Shown: piece after piece, positions 1-19,128 of the stretch | How positions within the stretch are numbered: position 1 is the first letter of the stretch | Layout: every line of letters starts with the position of its first letter | Source: the human T2T-CHM13v2.0 reference genome, Homo sapiens | Direction: 5' to 3' (one strand) | NCBI RefSeq assembly: GCF_009914755.1 | Contig: NC_060947.1 | Length of the DNA: 64,000 bases | Notes under the pieces: generated by a model | The model's database searches: none | What the model was told of the DNA's origin: nothing | Seen by the model: only the letters and a program-made list of their open reading frames with translations | Program-made: the position numbers and the translations under genes

Positions 1-19
1 TCACTCCCTTTGGTGATCT

Positions 20-1470
<1,451 letters not shown>

Positions 1471-2243
1471 AATCTGGGGAAGAGAAAGTGGGGTAGGCGG
1501 GGGGAGCTCTATCTGGGGTGTGGGGTTCAGGTTGATACTGGAGGAATCGGGATAGAAGACTTTTCTAGTGGTTCAATGTGTAAGGATTCAGTCTGGGGAG
1601 GAGGTATCTCAGCCTAGAGATCCAAATTTGAGAGGTGGAAAATTTGGGGTCCAGTCTAGGGTGCTCAATTTGGAGGTTCTTTTGGGAGGTTCATTCTGGG
1701 TAGTGGCTGGCGGACATGGAGGAAAGCTCTAAATCTGGAGGATGGAAAATTGATGAGCCAGGGCTCTTTCTGGGGAGCTCAGCTGTGGAGATTCTGTGAT
1801 GTGGGCTTGGCCTGAGGGGTCAGTCTGGCCTCTCAGCTTGGTGGCTCAGTCCCTGAGGTTTCAGGCTCAGTTTCCTTTCTCATTTGGTACAACTTCATTT
1901 GGGGGTGAGTCTAGGGGTCAGCCTTGGGGTCTCGATCTAGGAAATGGATGAGTTCCTTTAGGGGATCATAATGGGCATGCCACTCAAACTCTGGGGTTCC
2001 AGTTGGGAAGTTCAGGTTGGGGATCTCCTTCTGAATGTTCTCTACAGGTATTCAGGCAGGGGTCTCAACTTAGAGGTCCCTGCCTGAATACCCAAAGAGA
2101 ACATTCAGAAGGAGGATCTCATCCTGGGGTCTCACTTCAGAACCTCAATGTGGGCCTTTCAGTTTGGAGATTCTCCTCTGGGATTTCAATCATGTGGCAA
2201 TGGAAGGCCGACCCTGTGAATTAAGTCTTGGGGTCCTGCCTCA

Positions 2244-2546
<303 letters not shown>

Positions 2547-2550
2547 TTAC

Positions 2551-2707
2551 CTGCACCTCATGGATGATGACTTTAAACTGGGTGGAGCGCTCTGTCCAGG
2601 TGTTGACCAGCTCCACGGCCCGGTCAAAGTTCTTCACATACTCACCATACATCTTGAGGAAGGGGGCCAGTTTCTGCAGGATGTCTCCAATGCGTGGATA
2701 GCGGTCC
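2551..2707 (-). CDS. FGD1: FGD1 exon 7 (157 nt, [27 protein letters not shown]...IIHEVQ)
   Basis: Acceptor ccaccccag|GG, donor CAG|GTAAGT; DH domain sequence. Confidence 0.97.
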
Positions 2708-3571
2708 CTGGGGTGGAATTAGGGGCTGATGTGGTCCTGCTGCTCTTTGCCCCTCAGAAACTTCCCCCACAAGTTTCCAGCCCCAGGCAGATACCTTTCA
2801 TCTCAGTCCTAGAAACCTACTTCTCAGCTAGTCTGCTCCTTCAGAAATGCTGCTTACATTACAGGCCAGTGAGGCCAAGAGGCTCGGCTTGACTTCAGAC
2901 CACAGCCTGGGATGCCACCTGCCTCAATTCTGCCCTGCCCGAGTACTGGTTGAAGTACTCACCCTGAGACCTTACTGCCAGGACCACTTCATATACTGAT
3001 TATCAACTGTGTGCTGGGTGATGCTGGGGACACAGAAATGAGTCACACCCATTTGAGCCCTGAGAGGGTCACCATCTGGTAGGTGAGACAAAGAGACCAG
3101 GCCTGGTTGTACTCCTCATTGGTCAGTCTGGTGCAGGAGCAAAGCAAACCAGACCTGGTCCCAGCCCTCAGGGTTCACAGACTCGTGGGGAGATATAGGA
3201 ACCAGGCTTCATGCTGGCTTTCTGTGGTCACAGTCTGGTGAGGGGGACACACTTGACTCTGTAGGTGTGGAGAATCTGTAGGTATGGGGAATGTGGACAT
3301 GATTTTAAGCAGGGAGAGACATGGTCTGACTTGTTTAGAGAGACCGTTCTGGCAAATGGTGTGGACTCTAAAGGCTGGATTGGAAGAAGGCCTGAGAGGC
3401 TGCCTGTAAACCTTGCCCTTCTACCTCAGGACTCAGCTTAGGCATCACCTTCTCCCTGAATCCTTCTGTAATCTCCAAGCTAGGCTTGGTCCATTTGTCT
3501 GGATTCCCACAGCCTCCCATTCTCTGCTCTATCATAGCACTGTAAAAATAACAAAAGCTTACATCCATTGA

Positions 3572-4509
<938 letters not shown>

Positions 4510-4637
4510 TCTGATTCCTTTTTCAAAAGTCACTAAGAGGAAGAGCAAGCAGAAATGAAGTCTTGTGTACACCTCTGGGTCTGGGCTCGGCAGGCAGGTG
4601 GACAGGGGAGTGGGCAGTCTAGGTCTAGGGCCCCTCA

Positions 4638-4886
<249 letters not shown>

Positions 4887-4966
4887 TCAGCATTGGTCTT
4901 GAGACTGAGGAGACAGGGAATGGGGTTAGGGTTATATATTGGGGAGATGGATTTCAGGTTATTCCA

Positions 4967-5109
4967 GCAGTCCCTGGCTTTGGCCCCCACACTTGAGCTT
5001 GGTCCCGGCAGAGCAAGTATTCTGGCTGAGATCTAACTCAAGTGCGAGGGTGCCTTCTGAAGAAATGTTAGGCTGCTTGGGCACAGAAAGGGGTCCCTGC
5101 TGCCAAGAG
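4967..5109. repeat. 143-bp direct repeat, copy in intron 5
   Basis: Ungapped alignment to 6443-6585 with 8 mismatches. Confidence 0.95.
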
Positions 5110-5569
5110 TTAGGCTTTGGAACAATTAGAAGTCAGGATCAAGGTCAGGCTTAGAATTAGATTCAGGGTCAGAGAGAAAGTTGGAATTAGATCTGTTCAT
5201 TTAATGAATATTTTTGAATGTCTGCTGTGTGCGAGGCACTGTCATAGAGGGTAAGATAGAGCAGTGAACAAAGATAAAAATCTCTACTCTCAGGGATTCT
5301 AGTGGATTTGGGATCTGGAATAGGGCCAGGGTTAGAATGAAGTTCACAGCTAGGGATAAATTCAGGATCTGGGTCCAAGTCAGTACTAGTGTCAGAGTCG
5401 CAGTCAGGGCTGGTGTACCTGCCCAGCGTTAGGAGTGAGGGTTGGTATCAGCCCTCACTGATCAAGCTTGGGGCATAATCAGAGATGGCTTCAGGGACAA
5501 GCTGACTTCAAGGTCAGAGAGGAGCCTTACTGCCTCTAAATTCTGGCCACAATGGTGGGATTGAACTCA

Positions 5570-5824
<255 letters not shown>

Positions 5825-6442
5825 CTAAGCCTAATACCACCCTAGGATAACCTTGACCCCCATCTCTAGATCTGTAAGTCCTTCAGCTTCATCCCTGAGT
5901 CCCCAGTCTACCATAAAGCCTACCCCTCCATTCTGATGACGTGCACTCCCTCACTCAACAACTCATTCACCCGCTCTCTCTATTCACTCAGCAGAGTGTA
6001 GTGGTTAAGCATGTGGGATGGTAAGTCAGACTTCCTGGGTTCAAATCCTAAGCTCTGCCATTCACTAGCTTGTGTAAGTTCTTTAACAGCTCTGTATTTA
6101 GGACGCCTCATCCATAAATACAGATAATAATAGAATCTATTTAATGTAGAGGCTGGTGAGAAACAAAAACAAAACCAAAACAAAATAATAATAGGACTGA
6201 AGTCCATTGGTAATGGAGACAATTAGATAATTTAATATAAATAAAACACATCAGACTACAGATTAAATGGTATATAAATGTTAATTAATCATTTATTCAC
6301 CCACTCAGTACACTATCAGCAAGGGCTTGCTGAGTACCTGGGGTGTGAGAAAAGCACAAAAGTATAAGAACGTATAAAACTCATTGCCTGTTGGCCTAGT
6401 TTCCTATTCCTTAGATATATGTGTTGACTACCTGCCATGCCG

Positions 6443-6585
6443 GCAGTCCCTGGCTTTGGCCCCTACACTTGAGCTTGGTCCTAGCAGAGCAAGTATTCCG
6501 GCTGAGATCTAACTCAAGTGCGATGGTGCCTTCTGAAGAAATGTTAGGCTGCCCGGGCACAGAAAGGGGTCTCTGCTGCCAAGAG
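6443..6585. repeat. 143-bp direct repeat, copy in intron 4
   Basis: Ungapped alignment to 4967-5109 with 8 mismatches. Confidence 0.95.
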
Positions 6586-6807
6586 CCTTCATCTGCACAG
6601 CCTCGGGCCCCTGCAGGGCTCTAGCTCTTGCGCCCCTCCTCCAGCTGTTGAGAAGTCTCTATGGATGTAAGTAAGAGACTTTCCGTATTACAAATAAGGA
6701 AACTGAGGCTTATGGTAGGGAAGCAGAAAGGGAAAAGACTTGCCCAGTGTCACAGAGCTTGGAAACAAGGTCCTATTTCGAGAAATACTGAGCTAGGGGA
6801 AGAATCA

Positions 6808-7985
<1,178 letters not shown>

Positions 7986-8070
7986 TCACAGTATGCACAC
8001 ATTAGCCTCAGGCCACAGCACTCTGTGCACTAGGTAGGTAGCACTGCCCTGGGAGCATGGTGGCTCCCTA

Positions 8071-8430
<360 letters not shown>

Positions 8431-8816
8431 CTATCTGGGGTATTGGGTTTCTCTGAGCCCCTTTCCTGGCCACAGTGTTTTTCTGGGAAGCCCCTATCCT
8501 AGCCCTCAGATGGAGAGCCAGACCCAGGGCTGGGGCTGGCTGTTTTCATCAATAGATAAGAATTCTTTGTGACTAGTGCATTGATTCCATGTATGTCAGC
8601 AGGCAGTATCACTAGGGAGTTTAACCAGGCTGGGGGTGGCTGTGAGCACCCTAAAGTTTATACATGCGTTTGCAGCCCTTGTTTCTACAGCCACATAGGT
8701 ATGCTGAGTATAAACCATTCTTCAACGCTTTTGTTAAGGCCCTGAGAATATCTAGACTTTCTTGTTTACAATTTTGTGCAGCTAAGTGTGCTTAAAAATG
8801 ATGAAATTGTGTTTCA

Positions 8817-9215
<399 letters not shown>

Positions 9216-10345
9216 CTACACAGACCCACATGCATCTTCCACCTCTGCCACACACACACGTGCAACATCCAGAGTTCAGGTCACAGGAATAACTTTAAAT
9301 CAAGCAGCCAGTTCAGAAAAAGGGGAGGCCTTTTTATACTGTCCCTCTTCCCTCACTGTATGTCCCCTAAAGCCACCTCTATCTTTGGCTCTAGAGGAGA
9401 TGATGGTCATGCTTAGGAGAGAGGATTTGGTCTGGGAGGCAGTGAGGGACCCCCACCCCAGGGATGGCATGCCCCAAGGAAAGGAATGTGGGGCTCATGT
9501 GGTCCTGGCTGGGCAGGGGGCTGTGGGAGTGCCTCAAATGATAGAGAAGTCAGGTGGGGCCAGAGAGGAGTGGGAAAGGCCTTGGATGCTAGGCTGACAT
9601 TCATCCTGTAGCAGAAGGGAGCCACAAAAACCCCTTGCATAGGGAGAGATGGAGGCAAACAGGTGTGAGGACAAGAGAGTGAGCAGTAGTCAAGAGCTCC
9701 CGGAGGTACCACCATCACATGGTGTAAGTTATGCTGTGCCACAACCACATGGCCTCCCACTCACAGCCACAAAGGGTCTGTTAGCTTATATCACACACAG
9801 TCTCATAAATGACTAGTCACAAATGGGCCCACTCAGTCATAGAAACACTTGGTGTTATTTACACCATTTCACCCAACTGCAGGTAATCGCCCTCCTGAAA
9901 GCCTAGTTACACACAGTCACAAAGACCTGCGGCCACAACCTCACACACGATCACACAGCCTCGCAGTATCACACACACCTGCAAACATGGTCATGCAGTC
10001 ACAAAGACACAGAGTCACACAATGGCAATTCTGCCATCTCACACACAGCTTCATACAACCGCCCAACCACAGACAATCATATACCCAGTTAGACATTCTT
10101 CAAACATGGTTTCACTGAGTCACAAAAGATATACATTGTCATTTACACTATGTCTCACAATTGCAGGGCCATGGAGTGTCATACACACCATGTCACACCT
10201 GCAAACATGGTTACACACAAAGACTATAGGCACAGAGTCAATTATACCATGTCAGACACAATCACATACAGTGGCAAAACAGCATAAAGTCACATGATAC
10301 CACACACTCAGAAACACGAACTCACAATCACAGACATGTGGCATA

Positions 10346-10984
<639 letters not shown>

Positions 10985-12641
10985 TCATTTACTATGTCAT
11001 ACTCATCTAACAAACACATCCACGGTGTCCCTGGGTCTTAGCCATAGGCCCAGGAATACACACACTGTGGGACACTTGCCTCCTCCTAAATAGTCACATA
11101 CAAACTCTGCTGTGAAAACATACACACACAAAGACCTCTGCAGCCTCCCTTCCAGGGTCACACAGGCAGAAAGAGTCACAGGGGATTTTAGGTCTCCCAG
11201 TCCCGGAGGGAAGAAATAGCCCAACCCACAGGGTTCCAGCAGCTTCCCTAGGCCCCTGACCTCACCCCTGGCTACATCCCAGCCAGGTCCACCCCAGGGG
11301 ACTCAGATCAGGGTCCTTTCCCAGCACTGAGGGAACAGGGTGCCCCAGGCCCCAGGCCGAGCGCCCCTCCCCAACTCTGTACCTTGCTTTGGGTGTCGTT
11401 CCTCACTTCCTTCCCCACCTAAGCTGGCAGGGCCTGGCCAGGATGGAGGAGGCGCTCCTCTCCACTCAGCTGTGCCGCTTACCCTGCCCTGCTCAGCACA
11501 TCCTGGCCTGGTCTTGCCCTGCCCTCCCCCTGGGCGTGGGGGTGAGGAAGATGAATCACCTGGAGGGTGGCACAGGCGGAGATGTGGTTGGAGAGACACA
11601 TGGCCAGAGCAAGGGAGAGAGACAGAGAGGAGCTGACAGGGCCAGAGAGGCAGTGAGTAAAGCCAGGCACCCTGCCATGCAGAGACCCCTCCTCAGATAT
11701 ACACACATAGGTGCCAGGGTCCCTGGTGCCCCTTGTCTGCCTCCTTGGGCCTGGAGGAGCCCACCTATCTCCACACCTCAAAGCAGGCAGGCCTCTCTGG
11801 GCAAGCCCTCCCTACCCTATCTGTAGCAAAGCAGCAGGGTCCCTGGATAATGCTGCTCTCCTTCTCCTCCAGTGCTGGTCCTCGGGATGGAGTGACCATA
11901 CATCCCACTTTCCATGGCCCTGCCCTAGCCCACCCATTGCTCCCTCCTCACCCATCTCACCTGACAGCCCACAGACAGACCTGCCTCTCCATTCTCTCTG
12001 CCTCCTTGCAGGCAGCCCTGCAGGAAGAGGAGGCTGAATGAAATGCAAAGATTCCCTGGAGTCCCAGGTGAGAGGAAAAGAGATTGTCAGCCCAGTTTCT
12101 AGTGAGGAGATGGAGTCAGAGAGAGAGGCAGTGACTTGCCCAAGGTCACAGAGCAAATCAATGAATGGCACACTTTTGGGCAGACTGGTCATGGACTGGA
12201 TTCCTTTCTTATTAACCCTGCTCTCCAAGGGCAAGCTGGAAAAGAGGGGAACCAGGAGGGGCGGGTGGACCCAACGGCTTCCGAAAGTCACAAACTGCAG
12301 TGTAGCTAGTCAGAGGGACACCCCTCAACCCTGTCCACAGGGAGTTGAACAGGGGTCCAGTTTAGGAGCCTAGGCCTGGCCAAGAACCAGGCTAGGTTTC
12401 ACTGAGCGGGAGAAGGTTCAAGATCCCTCCCTCTCGTTTCAGAACTCCCTCTCCCTTGTCTCTCTGCCTACATTTCCCTGTCTCCTATTTTCCCTCAGTG
12501 GCCTCCTTGGCTCCAAGTCTTGCTCCCTCCAGGTGGCTGAATGAACTTACGTACAGTCCAGCTCAGATCATGCCACTTACCTGCACAAGAACCTTCTGTA
12601 AACTCCCTACTGTCCATGGGAAAATAGAAACTTCTCAGCTA

Positions 12642-13827
<1,186 letters not shown>

Positions 13828-14253
13828 CACCACCAAATCTGATAACACTTTGTGGAAATGTACCCAGCCACACACCAACTGTGCACATCCCTCAAAGACC
13901 CAGAGAGAGAACCACAGAGCTACTCATGTCTGTGTGCACCGTGCTCGGCACAACTGCACACACACAACCACCACTGCCACTCGGACATCTCTTGTCACCT
14001 AGGAAAGCATACTCTAGGCACCCCAGGAGTGCCAGTGCACTGTGCCAGCTCTGCTGTGGGGATGGGGGTGGGGTATGCACCCTTCCTGCCCCACTCTCAA
14101 ACCCCTGCCCCCCCAGGCATTCAGCAGGCCAGAAGGGCAATCTTGACCCTTACCCTCAGGGAGCTCCCAATCTCAAAGACAAAGACTCTAACTCAGGAAA
14201 GGCAACGAGGGCGAGCCTGTGGGGACTGGGGAAGCTCAGTGGAGGAGAATGGA

Positions 14254-15056
<803 letters not shown>

Positions 15057-16894
15057 TCAGGGAAAGCTTCCAAATGAATGTGGCAGAGCCGGGCCTTCAA
15101 GACAGCACCTGGTAGCCAGAGTTCCCCCAGACTCTTGTCCACTTAAGCCTCAAGCAGGCTAGGGACTCTACCCAATTTTTTCTGCCATGGGCATCTGAAT
15201 GCTCACGACAGTGCCATTATTTCAGGGATGGCCTTGAATCTGGTCTTTTTTTTTTTCTTAAGTCACTAATTTATAAAACTATGATACTTGACTATTCCCA
15301 ACAAGGGTGGTGTCATCATGATCACTGACTGAACTGCACGGATTGAACTGCTGCAGCACCTGTATTAGGAACAGCTGGCTTAGGACTTGCACAGACCTCA
15401 GTTTAGATCACAACACTACCTTTTACTAGCTGTGTGGCCCTGGGCAAGTCTCCCCATCTACCTGAGCCTCAGTTTCTTTATCTGGAAAGAAGGACAATAA
15501 TAGCAGTTCCTTGGTTTGGGGGAGCCTATGGGACAAGGAAGGGAAAGAGCACAGTGACCCACCCCCACCCCACCACACACACAGAGTGATATGGGTTAAA
15601 TTTGAAAACCAACAGAATCACACATCCACAAAGCCACAAAACTACACACATAAATACATAAGCCCACGGGCTGTAGGCTGCAACCCAACGTAAAACTGTA
15701 TATACACTGAGAAACACAAGCAAACTCAGCCAGTGAGAGACACAGAACCTAGCCCCACTCACCAGGATAGCTCTGCAGATCAGGGCAGGATTCCTATGCG
15801 AGGTGGTAGGGCAGTGAAGACAATGGTGCCCTGTCCTCCCCATTCAAATTCAATTCAAAATACAAACCAGAAAAAAACTGTAAAATAAGTGTCAAGAAGT
15901 GTAGCTGAGGTTTGAATTTTCCCATGACAATTTATTATTATTGAAATAGGAAAATCCTTGCAAAAATTGTTTCTGGTTGCTGCATGCCCCTGCGTGGCAG
16001 GTGCCCTGAGCACATGCTTCTGGGTTTACTGGCAGAGAAAGTCCAGCATCTAGCTGTGTCTGAGGACAAGGGCTCCTTTTGCCCATTCCCACTGGAACTG
16101 GACCCTGCATCTCCCTCAACCCTTCCTGGGAATCTCAGCTGCCAAGTTTTCCCCCTCCCAGCTAGTAGCAGCCCCTCTCACTTCTCCCAGCTGTAGCCTT
16201 GGCTTAATCTCAAGACAGCTACTAGGGCCCCAGACTGGCCCTTGGCCATTAACTCCCTGGTGTCCTGGGGCAAGTGGCTTCAAAGCTCTGGGCCCCAATT
16301 TCCCCATTTGGGGCCCACAGCTATGAAGGATAGCTCTGCAGAGATGCTAAAATGGGGAGAAAACGTGTGTTCTGCTTGTTGTGAGCAATCAGCGAGATCC
16401 TAGGGTGAGCAGAAGCCAGCCCCTAGCACGCAGGTCTCCTGACAGCCCAGGCAAACTTCTCCCTACAGCCCTCAAATCTTTTCCTTTCCGGGCAGAGAGG
16501 TAGGCTCCTGGGACAGCTGGAATTCCTGGGGGTGGGGTGGGGAAAGGGAGCAGAGGGAGTGGAGAAGAACAGCAGAAAGGAAAGTGCCTTTTGGGAAGCC
16601 AGTTCTGTCAGGGGAAGGGGCATCCCTCCGCTTGACAAAAAAAAAAAAAAAAAAAGCCATAACTGCCCCACCTCTTCCCACCTGCCCCTTGAATGTGAAC
16701 TGCAGGCCAGCTGCCCCACTCCGCCTTCAAGGCCAGACTGCACCCAGGCTGCCTGACCTGGCAGATGTTGTCTCTCAAAGTTCAAACACAAAGCTCGGTC
16801 AAGTGTGAAATGTGCAGAAGGAGCTGTTTACAGGAACCCTGTGGGTAGCTCAGGGGTTCCTTCCCTGAAGTCGACTATTCTTCTCAACATAAGG

Positions 16895-17340
16895 ACTCTG
16901 CAGAAAAATGGAGGCACTTTCTATAGTGTGAAGACACTTTCAAGAAGTGGGGGCCATTCTGGCAAGTCAGGAGCTTCCTAACTCTTTCGAGTTTCCTGAA
17001 GAGTGTTCCATCCTTCAAAACGGAGACACTTTCTGTGAAATGGAGATCTCTTTGATAAACAGAAGGCCCTTCTGTAAAGGGAAGAAGTTTTTCCAAAAAG
17101 AGGAGCCTTCTTCAAAGTGGAGGGACATGCTGTAAAGTGAGGAGAGTTCTCTAAAGGCCCTTTTGTAAAATGGATGGCCTGTTTGTAACCAAAGGACTCT
17201 TAAGGATCATGACAAAACAGAAGACTGTTAAAAAGGAGAACTCCTTTTTGTAAAGTGAGGCCCCTTCTGTAAAGAGAAGGATGTTTCTGTAAAGTGCAGA
17301 CCCTAGTATAAAGTGAGGAACTTTCTGTAGAGTGGGACAG
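16895..17340. repeat. Degenerate tandem repeat, period about 19-20 nt, consensus about CCTTCTGTAAAGTGAGGA
   Basis: Units such as cccttctgtaaagggaagaa, catgctgtaaagtgaggaga, cccttctgtaaagagaagga, actttctgtagagtgggaca. Confidence 0.75.
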
Positions 17341-17400
17341 TCTAAGGCCATGGGGAATGGTGGGGACTGGGTTAAACTGGAAAGCACATGCCTAACCTGA

Positions 17401-17910
<510 letters not shown>

Positions 17911-19069
17911 CTATCTGAGTTAGATGATCCTGAAGGCTCATTCTACTCCTGCTGTTTATGCCTTGCCCTATCTCACATGCTCTTGCCCTTGAGTAGAAGC
18001 CTTGCAGGTCCTATCTCCCACTCCCTGGAAGGGCCCAGTTTCCTCTGTGTCTGAGCAGGCTCAGGGAGCTGGCCCATGCATTACTTGTCAGAAGTTCCCT
18101 GAATTGGAATCTGCCTTTTGTTCTGTGTGACCCGATTTACCTTCTGCCCTGTGCAGGATGCCTAAAGAAGAGAGAGCAGGAGATTGTAAGAATATGCAGA
18201 AATCTCTGGAACTCAAGCTGTTCACTTTTTAGTAGAGGATATAAGATATGAGGATTCAACTGCTGAACACCCACTCTGGGCCAGGTGTTGTGTTGATGCT
18301 ATCTCGTATGGCATCCTCCTAATGATCCGGTGAGCTATTACCCATTTTACAGATGAGGAAACTGATGCACAAAGAGGCAAAATAATTTGCCTGAGGACAG
18401 CTAAAAGTGGTTGAGCTGGGACCAGATCCCAGGTGTGTCTGTGTCCAGAGTCACAGAGCACACCTTCAGTGACTGCTGAGTTGGGAAAGAAATCACATTT
18501 GGAGGGGGGAGGAGAGAAGACTTCCTAAAGGAGGTGGTTTTTAGTTGCACCATCCAGGATGGGGTGTGTTTTTTTTAGGTATAGATGGACTGAGAATGGT
18601 TCTGCAGACAAGGGAAGAAGAGTGGGCAAAAGTGTGGATATTGGGTGGGGAGGTATGAGTGAAGCATATATTTGAAGTACGTAATGTCATGGGTTTGCAA
18701 GAAGGCTCCACAGCAGGAAGAAGGATCAGGAAAGGCCAAAAGATACAAGCAAGCAGACACCCCCTTCCCTACACCACAACCATAGACCTATAGGGGGCAT
18801 GCAGAGGCAGACGCAGGCACGGGAACAGACACAGGTATAGAAACAGACAGACACATCCACAAGATCTAAGGAGACCCATGCGCAGAAACATCTAGAAACT
18901 CCCACATACTTAGGGCCAAGGTGACATACAACCAGGCACAGAGGAGCACGTAACACATACAGACCCAGAGACACACATGGATCTATATGCAAACATACAG
19001 ATGGCCATACAGAAACAAGAACATTAAGACACACACACAAAATAGATCCACGGGGACAAAGAAGGCCAG

Positions 19070-19082
19070 GCACATGCGCGCG

Positions 19083-19124
<42 letters not shown>
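19070..19124. repeat. (CG)/(CA)n microsatellite, 55 bp of unbroken purine-pyrimidine alternation
   Basis: gcacatgcgcgcgcacacgcgcgcacacaca...caca. Confidence 0.95.

Positions 19125-19128
<4 letters not shown>

Noticed and set aside
4967-5109. H/ACA snoRNA interpretation of the duplicated unit
   Set aside because: No properly placed ANANNA hinge or terminal ACA found on the FGD1 sense strand
9690-10340. CA-rich stretch; also CT-rich 41800-42860, (GA)n about 39860-39887, (TAAT)n about 57088-57113 and orphan poly-T about 31261-31285
   Set aside because: Ordinary low-complexity or microsatellite DNA
11483-11559. Candidate 77-nt exon (ccctccag| ... CAGG|GTAAGC) in intron 1
   Set aside because: Not frame-preserving, and the nearby ATG is out of phase with exon 2; no further support from sequence
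16895-17340. CRISPR-like interpretation of the periodic array
   Set aside because: Eukaryotic intron, degenerate adjacent units with no unique spacers and no cas genes
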